Positions 50,201 to 60,940 of a stretch of 64,000 nucleotides of DNA are shown piece after piece. Position 1 is the stretch's first letter. Every line of letters begins with the position of its first letter. Made by a program: the position numbers and the translations under genes. This DNA is from Yuukianura sp. NJ FZ-2021 (Eukaryota). The notes under the pieces were generated by a model. That model had not been told where the DNA came from. It saw only the letters and a list, made by a program, of their open reading frames with translations, and ran no database searches. The DNA is taken from positions 248,001 to 312,000 of the forward strand of contig JAJCTO010000010.1 in assembly GCA_046563655.1 (NCBI GenBank). Direction: 5' to 3'.

Positions 50201-51183
50201 GGTAGGGCAATGCTCAAGGGTTGAGCATAGGTCTTCTGGAGGTGGTTGATAATTGATGCGACTTTAAACCGGTTTGCCTTAAAACTGTAGAATAAATGAG
50301 AGAGCGTTTTCATGGAATTGATGCACCAAAACGTCGCTCAATATTTTCAGTGTGCATGTGAAGTGCTACTTTGTGCATGAGCTGCGCCAAATTTGGGTTG
50401 GCAATTCTACCATTAAATTGCACCAAAATCATGTTCCAGTTTTGAGCCCCAAAATAGTGCACTGAATTGATGTTCTTAATTTGTTGAGCAAGATGCACAT
50501 AATGTATGGTCGGTGTTGCCATGGCAATGTACTATTAGCGAAACGAGCGTAAACCAAACGGCATCAAAATAGTGATATCGAAATTGAGATTTGTGCATGA
50601 TGAACAAATTTGAACGCTGAGCAGGATGGGTTGAATATGCCTTCTTTTAAATCGAAATCGGTTCATAAAGATGCACAGTGTGTTAAATTAAGTGCATAAG
50701 TTATTCAGCCGAAAATCGCTTGTTTATAATCAGAATTAAAATACTTTCTTGTGAATGCAAACTTGAATCCTCCCATTCGCTGCTTAATTGTTACGAATTT
50801 AAGCCGGAATTTCTACCCTCTAACTAGGCTTAATTTAACAACGTAATTAAACTAACTGTCAGAAAATGACCAGATCAAAACTTCGTTGTTAAAAAATATT
50901 TTCAGTGCAATGCAAAGGTATCAAAAAATTTAAGTCAGAAGAGTCGGCAATGGGAAGTAGCCGCTAATTTTCATGTTGTTAATATAACACTTTTAGTGGA
51001 ATGTAGACCTATTAAAAATACTTTAGCCATACATAACCCCCCGAACGGGATAGGCCTTATGTTTCAGTGGAAAGATTCCTAAAAAATGTGACACACAGAC
51101 AAAGTCGTATCAATAGTCTTCTTCAGCATGTCGTAGACATGCGTCTCCAGAAGACTAAAAACAAAATGCCACCTCCACTCACC
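50201..51183. mobile_element. About 980-bp non-coding DNA-transposon-like insertion in Bel/Pao gag
   Basis: Removing 50201-51185 restores the frame FEQKQ-SSSEPTSG. Termini GGT...ACC with a subterminal inverted GTCTTCTGGAG; 2-3 bp duplication (AA or CAA). Confidence 0.65.
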
Positions 51184-54100
51184 AATCATCAAGTGAACCC
51201 ACCAGTGGATCTCAAGTGGACTCAAACTTGCAGTCTCCAAGTGTAATCCAGACCAGTTCTGGACATTGTTCTCCAGAGAACAATTCAGCACATGTGGTGC
51301 TAATGGAGACTGTGTTAGTGGATGTCCTGGATTCGCATGGTGACAAGCAACAATGTCGTGTCTTTTTGGACAGTGGATCCGAATCTCACTTCGTTTCAGA
51401 GCAGTGCGTAGATCGTCTTGGATTGCCCCGTGAGAAAACGTGCGTCAACATTTGCGGAATCGGTGGTGCGACTGCGGAAACTTCCAGAGGATTAGTCACC
51501 CTCAAAATTTTTTCACACCTCAACAATTACTCTGTGGAGTTCAAGGCTCTTGTATTGAAGAAAGTTACAGGATCCAAGTTGCCCCGTTCAACCATCACAT
51601 CATCACTTAACTACTTGGGTGAAATCGAATTGGCCGATTCTACATTTGCATCTCCAGGACCAGTGGACATCCTAATCGGTGCTCCATTAATTGTTGAGTT
51701 CAGCCGCCCTGGACTTATTCGTGGCCCCAAAGGTTTCCCATCTGCTCGAAATACAGTTTTCGGGTGGGTACTTTCTGGAGTTGCCCCATGTGAGTCAAGT
51801 GCCTCCAATTGTGTTCAAGTGCTCTATTCCCGTTGCTCTAAGGATGAACCTTGTGTTGATTCAACGCTGAAAAAGTTTTGGGAACTTGAGGAGCCTTGTT
51901 CCGTACCTCAACCCACTACTAAAGAGGATGAACAGTGTGAAAAGTGGTTTCAATCATCTGTTAAAAAGTTGGATTCTGGTGAATACTCTGTAGGACTTCC
52001 GTTCGTTTCTGACTTTTCTGGACTTGGCTCATCCCCTACTGCTGCATTACGTCGTTTGACTAGTGTGGAAAAATCACTGGCGAAAAATCCAGAAATGAAA
52101 AGAAGTTATCATCAGCAGTTCAGTGAGTACATTACAAAAGGTTGGTTAGTGACAGTCTCTCCTTCTAATTTACAGAACCCGTGTTCGTACTACATGCCTC
52201 ATCATGTCGTAACCAAGGAAGACAGCACGACTACAAAGTACAGAATCGTTTTTGATGCCAGTGCCAAGTCTTCGAACTTTCCCTGAACAATGTTCTGAAA
52301 ACTGGCCCAAAACTCCAAGTTGATCTGGTTCCACTTTTACTCCATTTTCGTACACACATTGTTGCCATGTCAGCTGATATTACCAAATTTTATAACTGTT
52401 TCTCTGTTCACAGTGAATTCAGTGATTATCAGCGACTACTCTACCGTCCTACTCCAAATGACCCAGTGATGGACATGAAAATGACAAGAGTGACGTTCGG
52501 TGTAGCCCCCGCTCCCTTTTTGGCCATTCGTTGTCTCCACCAGTTGGCAGATGACAACTTTGAAAAATATCCGGCCGCATGTCAAGTCATCAAAAAAGAA
52601 TTTCTTGTGGACAATTTATTGTCAGGAGCCCCGTCAGTGGACGAAGCCATCCAACTACAACAAGAACTGCTCAGTGTCATGCAAATTGGGAAGCTCGAAC
52701 TGCGAAAATGGACTTCGAACAGTCCAATCGTCGTTTCATCTGTCACTTCCGAAAATCAGGCGAAAAGTCACACCCTCGAAATTACAGAAGACGGAACCGT
52801 GAAAACAATCGGATTACTGTGGAATCCGTCTCTTGACACTTTCAGTGTAAAATTGAGTCCTAGTCTCCTATACAGTTCATCATCGAAGTTTCCAGGGCTA
52901 ATTCCTGTCACTACCACAAAGAGAAAAGTTCACTCCAGCATCGCCAGGATTTTTGATCCATTGGGCTGGCTGTCACCACTCATCATTCGCCCCAAAATTC
53001 TAATGCAGAAATTGTGGAAACCGAACTTGGACTGGGACTCTCCTCTTCCCGACTATCTTTTGGACGAATGGTATAACTATACGATAGACGTCATTCGCCT
53101 AAAATCATTTTGCGTACCCCGTTGTGTCATCCATTCCGACCTTACTTCAACCCAATTTGAACTCCACGGTTTTTGTGATGCCAGTGTCTCGGCATATTCT
53201 GCCTGTTTACTTGAAAGCGTTTTCAAGTGCCAACACCCCGATTGTCAATTTGCTATGTGCAAAAACTAGTGTTGCTCCAGTAAAAGGCGAAACAATTCCC
53301 CGACTTGAACTGTGTGGAGCAGTACTTTTGTCAAAATTAATGACTACAGTCATTTCGTCATTGCCACTCCACATTTCGTCTATCAACTGTTGGTGTGATT
53401 CCACATGTGTACTAAATTGGATCAATTCAGACAAGAAGTTGGAAGTTTTTGTGCATAACCGTGTGCGTAAAATTTCATCGCTCCTTCCTTCTGCCAATTG
53501 GAATCACGTTGATGGTGACGACAATCCAGCGGATTGTGCATCACGTGGTATTTCTGTGTTTCAGTTTTTGCAGCATAAGCTTTGGCTACATGGTCCAAAT
53601 TGGCTACAAGAGTCTCCACAAATGCCGACCAGTGCTACAACCACACAAATAGTTACTCCCTCCAACTGGTTTTTCGAAACGGTGGGAGTATTCATCCAAA
53701 AATGTGATTCGTTTCATAAGATGAAACGATATTTAGCAGTATGGATCCGCTATGTTGCCAATTTATATCCAAAAAGTGAAAGTGTGATTGGACCATTGAC
53801 TGTGAAAGAATTGGATCAAGCCCTCATCGTTCTTGTCCGTTATGTCCAATTGGAAACGTTCTCAAGTGAATTGGATTGGTGTAAAAGGAAAAATACGTCT
53901 CCAAGTACTGTAAAATCCCTCACGCCGTTTATCGACGCAAACGGTATTTTACGGGTGGGAGGGAGACTGCGTCATAGTTTCTGGTCCTATGACCAAAAAC
54001 ATCCAATCTTACTTCCTCGTCACCACCATTTCACAAATTGTGTCGTTGGACATGTGCACCATGCCAACAATCATCCAGGACCACAACTGCTGCTCTCACT

Positions 54101-55069
54101 CGTCCGTGACCAATTTTGGATTTCAAATGGACCGAAACTCTGTTCATCCATTGTACGAAAGTGCATTCAGTGCCACAAAGCAAATCCAAAAGTGTTAGGA
54201 CAGAAAATGGGCCAATTACCAACTACTCGTGTGAACCCCACTCTTCCATTTGCTTACGTCGGAGTTGACTATGCTGGTGCGTTCCATGTCAACGCAACTC
54301 CTGGACGTAACCCGAAACTTCTAAAAGCAGATGTGGCAGTGTTCGTCTGTTTAGCAGTGAAAGCGATTCACTTAGAGTTTGTTAGTGACCTCTCCACTCC
54401 AGCATTCTTAAGTGCCTTTGATCGTTTCGTGTCCACCCGAGGCTGCCCCTCAAAAATTTTGTGTGATGGTGGGAGAAACTTTCTTGGCGCCAAAAATGAA
54501 GTGGAAGCATTTCAACATTTTGTTCAGTCCACCCCCCATGTCAACCAAGTGTCTAAGTTTTTCGAGGATCAAAATGTTGAATTCGTCATAAACCCACCCT
54601 ACGCTCCACATTTTGGCGGGATTTTCGAAGCTGGAGTGAAATCCATGAAAACACATCTTCATCGTGTTGCTGGTGACAGGCGACTTTCAATTGAAGAGTT
54701 CTGGACCCTCCTCAAAAGAATCGAGGCAACCCTCAACTCTCGACCTTTGACCCCAATGTCATCCGACGCAAACGACTTCTCTGTTCTGACTCCCGGGCAC
54801 TTCCTCATTGGACGATCCTTGAAGGCTGCACCACAGGAGAACCTGGATGGATTCAAAGTTCATCAACTGACACGCTGGCAGTATGTGCAGCAGATGGCAC
54901 AGCACTTTTCTCGTCGTTGGAGTTCCCAGTACCTCCAGTCCCTCCAGAAAACACCGAAGTGGTTTGCAGAGCAGGAGAACCTTGGAGTCGGAACCCTCGT
55001 TCTGCTCAACGACAGTGACTCGGACCTTGGACCACAAAAATGGACGCTGGGACGGATCACTGCGGTGTA

Positions 55070-55637
55070 GGGGCGAGTTGGCTCAGTGGTTAAGCCTTCA
55101 ATGCTTTTCCACTGGCCGGCCTGAGTTCGCACCCAGTCAGCGGGAGAGAAAAAAAGAAGTCGAGGCCGTGGGTCCTCCCTGTCCCGAAGCAGGGAGGCAA
55201 GTGCTGGACTTCTGTCTTTCCAGCGGCTGTTGTGTGGACACCCCTATATAAAGGAGTATATTGGGGGGTGCCGCATCTGCAAGCACTGCCTGCTGAGACC
55301 ACAGAAGGAGCTGACCTTGAGTCAGAGGTGTCTGTGGTCTGCTGTGACAGCGGGTAAGAGCTTCGCGGATTTGTGGTGGTTGCCGATCACTATTCCTTGA
55401 AGCAGTCCATTAAGCTAAAAAATAACCATTCAATCTGATTTGCTTATCGGGATACGGACGACCTCCGTAGGATGATAGCATTCAGATTACCATAATGTGT
55501 ATTTGCTCATAAAGGACAAAAAATAACGCTGTTTCTAAAGGGGTAGGTCTGAAATATACCATAAGCGTATGCTCAGCGTGAGTCAGTCACCTAATTATAG
55601 GTGACTGCTCCCCCCAATAAACATATATATAACATAT
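55070..55637 (+). mobile_element. tRNA-derived SINE inserted in the Bel/Pao integrase
   Basis: Head GGGCGAGTTGGCTCAGTGGTTAAG, B-box-like GAGTTCGCACC, AATAAA plus CATATAT tail, 14-bp TSD ATCACTGCGGTGTA at 55056-55069 and 55638-55651. Confidence 0.88.
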
Positions 55638-55892
55638 ATCACTGCGGTGTACCCTGGAAAGGACAACCTCGTCAGAGTCTGCGACGTTCATGTTCCAGTA
55701 ACGGATGCCAAGGGAAACGTCACAGTCAAGACGTACAACCGTCCCATTGCCAAGGTTTCCCCTCTCCCCATCGACGATGGAACATATACGTATGCGTATA
55801 AATCTTAAAAATAAGATTTAATATCAAATACTAATTATTTGATTGTGTGAGTGTTTGAGTTCCCTTTTGTTCTTAGGTTTAGTTATAAATAT

Positions 55893-56360
55893 TTTTTTTT
55901 TTTTTTTTTTTGGAGAGTTAATTGACATTAGCATATGCTCTATCAACAAGGGTTAGGGAATTTCTGGGTTGGGTTGAGGTCCTATGGGGTGGGGCGGTGG
56001 TACAGTCAGATAGTTGGCGAGAAGTTCTGAGGGAAGGACGAAAGGCTTTCTGCTAGAGCTGAACGGGCTAGGGCCCTACCACATATCACAGCTCCAGGCA
56101 AGTGACAGGAACAGCATCGTACGCATACCGGCCCACGACCCCCCTCCACAACAGCAACTACTGACCTCTTCACACGCACCCATAACCCCCCAAACTGACC
56201 TATCATCCGAACACCCCATCTGGGCTAGGAAAGTGGAAAAACCATTTCTGGAAAACGACTTTCGTGTCGGCGACGCCGGGACTCGAACCCGCGCCCGTCC
56301 AAGGTGTTAGTAGGATAGAGCCGGAGCTCTAGTCCCCCCGGCCTACGGGCCTTGGACTGC
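55893..56360 (-). mobile_element. tRNA-derived SINE with poly(A) tail
   Basis: B box GGTTCGAGTCCC on the minus strand, ~20-nt T-run at 55892-55911, 15-bp TSD TTTAGTTATAAATAT at 55878-55892 and 56361-56375. Confidence 0.85.
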
Positions 56361-56663
56361 TTTAGTTATAAATATAAATTTTAGTAATAAACTTCTTTCC
56401 ATTAGAATTTTGTTCTAAAACTTCCTGTTTTTCCAAAATTTAGTTCAAATTTTAGCTGTAGTTTTCCTTTCTCTTAGAATTCAATTCTAAAATTCATCTC
56501 TTTTCTAAAATTTAAGTCTAAATTCTAGTTAAAAATATGTCGCCTCAAGTAGGTTCCAGAGTCCCCTTAGCTTCCCACTCAAGAAGATTTCAGTGCTCTT
56601 AAATACCCATTTAGGTAAGTAGGATTTAGTTTGTAATGATGTACTGCGTACATCAGGTGGGAG

Positions 56664-57048
56664 TGTTTGTAGCTGTGGTTGATTTGCAGCCTGTCATTGG
56701 TCGACTTTGTGAGTCAACCAGAGGCAGGTTGTGTGTGCATAAAAAAGAGTGAGACGCCAAGGTCAAAGTGAGCTTTGACATTGGCGTGGACATGTCCAGG
56801 CTTCTCCTGGACATTGATGCGGAGTCTTCTGCTTCAGAGAGTCTGTCCAGCCACCGAGCCACCAACATCTCTCTCTCCTTCCTGTCTGTCTGTGTGTGTC
56901 ATCACAATTATTGTTAGTTAAGAAATCTTTAACCTTGAGCAAATAAAAGTGCTCATAAAATTGGATTTGCTGTGTCACACATCGTTTTCTCAAATTCAAA
57001 CAATTGACAGTTCAAGGTTAGGTCCCTGAAGTGACCAAGTCACAAACA
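56664..57048 (+). repeat. 3' LTR of the Bel/Pao element (385 bp)
   Basis: TGTTTGT...ACAAACA termini directly after the polypurine tract; internal AATAAA at ~56942. Confidence 0.8.
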
Positions 57049-57246
57049 AAGCCTTTTTCACTTTTAATAAAAACACAGATTTTCTTTTCTCAACTTACAA
57101 AAATATGAACCCTTTGCTCTCAAATTATTGCAAAATAAAAACCTTCAAAAATCGGTCCTGTACTTTTGCTGGAAGCCAATTTATTTCACCAATTATTTTG
57201 GCACTTGCTAATTAGAGTACATTTTTTCTTTTTGTCGCACGACTTA

Positions 57247-57708
57247 CTAGGACTTAACAAACTGTTCAACAATTGCATCATTTTTCTTAAGATCGAAACG
57301 ATAGAATTCTTTCAAAATCTCCGGAACGGGTCTTCCTCGCAGCATGTTTGAGATTACATACAAACAAAATTGGCCACAGTTACTGCTATTGTCCGACTGA
57401 ACTTTTGTGCAATTGTACTTGTATCTTCCAAACCGACGTAGAATAGAAATTCCGTATGCACTAGGCTGTTGACCAAGAGGGTCAAAGAAAATTAGCCCCC
57501 CCCTTTTGCGCATGACAAGACATGTCCAGTGAAGCCCTCCCGACCCTTCAAGGTCATCCGTGTTAACAATAACTACAAACGGAATCGATAAATGTAGAGT
57601 TGCAAGTTGATTCCTGGCGACGACGGCCGTCATTGCCTTTCGGTTTGTACAATTCAAAATTCCTTCCAAGTGGGATTCCAGTTCTTCGGTACTCATTCCC
57701 CATGCCAT
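57247..57708 (-). CDS. Adenain-like cysteine protease 2 (ORF intact)
   Basis: IVNTDD...GLHWTC, FFDPLG, VQSDNSSNCGQFCLY, NDAIV. Confidence 0.92.
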   Translation of the reverse strand: MAWGMSTEELESHLEGILNCTNRKAMTAVVARNQLATLHLSIPFVVIVNTDDLEGSGGLHWTCLVMRKRGGLIFFDPLGQQPSAYGISILRRFGRYKYNCTKVQSDNSSNCGQFCLYVISNMLRGRPVPEILKEFYRFDLKKNDAIVEQFVKS

Positions 57709-57710
57709 GT

Positions 57711-59094
57711 CTACTCGAATCGTACCCCTCCACGACCGTCCAGAGAAAGCAAGTTTGTCACTGTCCCAAGTATTAGCAGCTGAATCGTTTTTGTCGTTGT
57801 TGCCGAAAATTGCAATGTCACCTGGAATTACAAAACGGAAAATGAAACATGGAGATTTAGGGTGTATGGGAATTTGGGCGAACTATTTTTGAGGCTTACG
57901 TATAACTCTCCGGTCCTTTGAGGAACAAATGTAGACGAAGGCACAGATTCGGAAAGTTGAAACAAAAATAACGAGTTTCCTTTGGCAAACGTCTCTCGGC
58001 CGATTGCGTTTCCTCCGGTACTATTGACTGGGAGTGCGCCAAAAATCGACTCAAACGCTCTCATGTACTCCTTTAGGTTAAAGTTGAATTCGAGCGAGTC
58101 GTATCGAAACGTGGTTTCATCAAATGTAACCACAATCGACGTTACACCGCAATCGTTAAAATTGAGTGCAGACTTGTTTAGCGCTCCAACGTAATTTGCA
58201 TTGTCCATTAGAGCGACAACGACCGTGTTGGGGACTCGGTTGGTAAAACCGACGAGAGTCGAGAGGGTGCTGACTCCAGAAGGAATTACATACGGCCGAA
58301 TCTCCAGATCTTTGAGAGGATAAACTGCCTTGAGTCCCTTTTGAAATGCCTGCTGATGACGCCGCTCAATCTCCTCGTTTATTCGGTAAATCTTTACGTA
58401 CAACGAGACTTCCACCAACTGAGCCTTAAATGGGATCCCGACTTGCCCAGTCTCTGTCGTCACACTCGAGTCCAGATAAATTGCTGGAGAATTTTTGGTC
58501 AAAATGACATCAAAATTCATAGCCAGGGGGGATGAAGCGATCGACTTCAAATATTCCGCTCGCGAGTCTTCCAGGGCAATCAAATGTTTTTGATTCCTAT
58601 GCCAAATCTTTCCGAGTTTTAAAGCTAGAATTGTTGGCGTCCGTAAAATCATCTGGTGCGTTATCCGGGTAAAACAGTTGCGCGGTCATTCGCGAATTTT
58701 TGTCCCCCTCCGATCTGCCGAGAATTTCGGGGATCGTGCTGCGGTAAACATACTTGCCGCAGCTATCCGAAATTGTTGTAGAATGCAAATTAACCTTGAC
58801 ATTGTTCCAGAGGAGGTGGAAAAACAAATTCGCAGGAGCGACATTGTCGTCTGTCGCAATCTTTGTGCCATCAGCATTAACAATCCGCGCACGAACATAC
58901 AAGTAGCTGTGACCCAGATGGTAGTACAGCTTTGATTTCGGGATTGTAAAGGTGATTTGCGCGTCATCGCTCAGAGGAGTGGTAGGTTTGAAGTGAAGAA
59001 ACTGTGACTCTAAAATTCACACGTCAGTAGGTGGGACTTCAAAAATGTTCAGCGAATTTTGATAACTTTTTCGGCTTTTGCTTAGAAATTCCAT
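57711..59094 (-). pseudogene. Major capsid protein 2 with a 78-nt intron (57822-57899); stops and frameshift
   Basis: LNIFEVPPTD...FKPTTPL...LYVRARI...VAPANLFFHLLWNNV; YPLKDLEIRPY; VPNTVVVALM; FAKGNSLFLFQL. Spliced end TGELY|VTLQFS...LLSLDGRGGVRFE*. Confidence 0.88.
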
Positions 59095-59096
59095 GC

Positions 59097-59390
59097 TCAA
59101 GCGTTTTTCTGGAACCCACAAGGAGCGTCACCCTTCCTCTTTGACCGCTTCTTTGATACTGACTTGCGTCTGCCTTCACCCGTCTGGGACTTATCCCTTT
59201 TGGCTGGTCGTTTCTTGCCCGGTCCCTTCCTTTTTTCGCCCTTAGTAACCTTGACCTTTTTGCCTTGACTTTTGACTTTTTTGCTTTTCTTGCGAATTGG
59301 GGGGCCCTGGAATTTTTGGAGTGGCACGTACGTGGTGTCGGGGGTTGCGACTAATCCTCCAGATTGCGGAAAGGGATCTACTGCTGCCAT
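59097..59390 (-). CDS. Small Lys/Arg-rich core-like protein
   Basis: QSGG site followed by a highly basic tail. It lies immediately upstream of capsid 2, mirroring module 1. Confidence 0.6.
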   Translation of the reverse strand: MAAVDPFPQSGGLVATPDTTYVPLQKFQGPPIRKKSKKVKSQGKKVKVTKGEKRKGPGKKRPAKRDKSQTGEGRRKSVSKKRSKRKGDAPCGFQKNA

Positions 59391-59606
59391 CACTTTTTGT
59401 AGCTTACAAACTCTATTTTTGCACACGACCTCTCGCATTCACCATGCAGTGCAAACTACTCGAGTGTCTTTTGACGACTGACGAGCGTAAAGATATGGTA
59501 CGCCTTTATGACCCACCTCCAGGGGCGTCCGTACAGTGCGACAGACAAACGAAGACTGAGGTCGGGAGGTGCACATGTGTTCTCAGCTCAGTGTCCAGCA
59601 AACTAC

Positions 59607-59750
59607 TGGCGACCGTTTTGAAATTTGAGGAAATTTGGAAGCCTTGGCGACCGTTTTGGGGACGACAACTTTACGACATTCGCTTGGCGACATTGAACTT
59701 TTTGGAGCAACATTGAGCGTGTGGCGACATTCAATCTGTAGCGACACTCG
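59607..59750. promoter_or_regulatory. Cluster of about 8 (G/A)CGAC(A/C)-core motifs upstream of core/capsid 2
   Basis: TGGCGACCGTTTTG twice, then ACGACAAC, ACGACATT, GCGACATT, GCAACATT, GCGACATT and GCGACACT. The function is inferred. Confidence 0.4.
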
Positions 59751-59800
59751 AATAGACTGAATATTTTTTAAAAATACACGAAAATTTCGGAAAGACAGCG

Positions 59801-60413
59801 TTAGCTTTCAAAGGGCGTTATTCTTCCGACAATAGCACGTCTACAAATTGGGCATGACATTACTGCCGCTGCACAAGAGGAACAGCATGCCATGTGACAA
59901 CAGGGAAGCAAAAGCGTATCCAATTCTCGTTCCATGCACACCTTGCACATCTTTTCTGCTTTTAAGCATTGTGGAATCGTATTTAGCTTTTCGATGCACT
60001 CGCTCTGCATTTCCTTTGCTGCAATATTCTTGAGAACTTGTTCAATCTTTCCACACACGTCTTCCACACTCGCGAAGTTGGTTCAATGGGAATATTTATA
60101 TCTTTAACGCCACGAATCAGAGGGCAGGACCCGTTGAATCGTCTTTGCTCAGTGTTAATGTCGTCTCCAATTATAAAGTCACCGAGAATAATGGAGCAAA
60201 AGAAGCAACGAACCATATCAGCACGGCCGAAGTAGTAAAAGCCTTCTCGTGAGGAGTAATAAATGAATGTGTCCAGACATGCGGAGGCGCAAAAAATGTT
60301 TCCAAGCGCTTTTTTTCAGATACATATAGAGATGGTGCACGGCTTATTGTAAACGAATAGAGTGGTCGATTTGGCGGTACGTTGCTGACGAGGTTGTGGT
60401 CATGTTGTGACAT
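59801..60413 (-). pseudogene. Inhibitor of apoptosis (single BIR plus C-terminal RING), two frameshifts
   Basis: BIR: EKKRLETF...W...FYYFGRADMVRCFFC...EQRRFNGSCPLI. RING: CKVCMERELDTLLLPCCHMACCSSCA...CPICR. Confidence 0.9.
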
Positions 60414-60940
60414 GATTTTATTCGCGGGAGCGTATATGTAGCGTAATAATTGTGTTGCTTCCTTTGACTTCGGTGATTGGGTTGAGAAACTCGTCGGCCA
60501 ACTGAATGTGCGCAGACTCGATGCGGCTCCGTTTAAGCGGAAAGTAGACTCGCTTGGGGATTTTTTTTTCGCGACAAATCCAGTAGTGCCCTTATCTTGC
60601 AGAATCTGTGCCGGATGGACTGGCTGACCTGTGACCTCTACTGTGGATGCTGGATGAGATGGAAGGAGAGAGAAGACCGACAAGACAAGTGAAGCCAATG
60701 AGAGCTTTATTCAGACTGAGTGAATGAATGGAATGAATGTATGTGCAGTAGCCTATGCTTAGCCTATGAGGGGTGAGATGGGTGCTGTGTATGGGGTGTG
60801 GTACACATTGGGGGGCTGAAAAAGGGGGTCCTCCGGGGGGTGGGGTATGTGCAAAAATCCGGGGGGACGGTCCAACGAAAATCCAGGAAAATCCAATGTA
60901 CAGGGCCGGTCGTCATCATCTAATCAGGAACATGAGCACC

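Larger units (their letters stand above)
49529..55808 (+). pseudogene. Bel/Pao gag-pol polyprotein, frameshifted and interrupted twice
   Basis: Zinc knuckles CDLCGESH, CFNC, CKKCSKPHHTLLH; protease LDSGS; YMPHH and RIVFDAS; RT ADITKFY and LVDN; LHGFCDAS; integrase GVDYAG, CDGGRNF, GGIFEAGVKS; C-terminus LGRITAV|YPGKDNLVRV. Confidence 0.93.
49529..57048 (+). mobile_element. Bel/Pao LTR retrotransposon; 5' LTR and start of gag deleted
   Basis: Gag-protease-RT-RNase H-integrase order, polypurine tract AGGTGGGAG and 3' LTR. It begins abruptly mid-gag against the helicase exon. Confidence 0.93.
22315..60900 (-). mobile_element. Decayed Polinton/Maverick (adintovirus-like) endogenous viral region with two capsid/protease sets and two pPolB genes; boundaries approximate, no TIRs found
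   Basis: Motifs for pPolB, rve integrase, A32/FtsK-like ATPase, adenain, major capsid and minor capsid are present, mostly on the minus strand and densely packed. The region has many stops, frameshifts and nested insertions. Confidence 0.9.

Noticed and set aside
55070..55145. tRNA genes here, at 44410-44528 and at 56270-56360
   Set aside because: Only A/B boxes are present, with no convincing cloverleaf. Each heads a TSD-flanked element with a simple-repeat tail, so they are SINEs.
50029..55302. Short antisense and overlapping ORFs across Bel/Pao, PolB and Gypsy genes
   Set aside because: They are shadows of real coding frames with no recognisable motifs.
57247..57900. Capsid 2-protease 2 fusion
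   Set aside because: The spliced capsid frame stops at TAG 57711-57713, and the protease has its own ATG.
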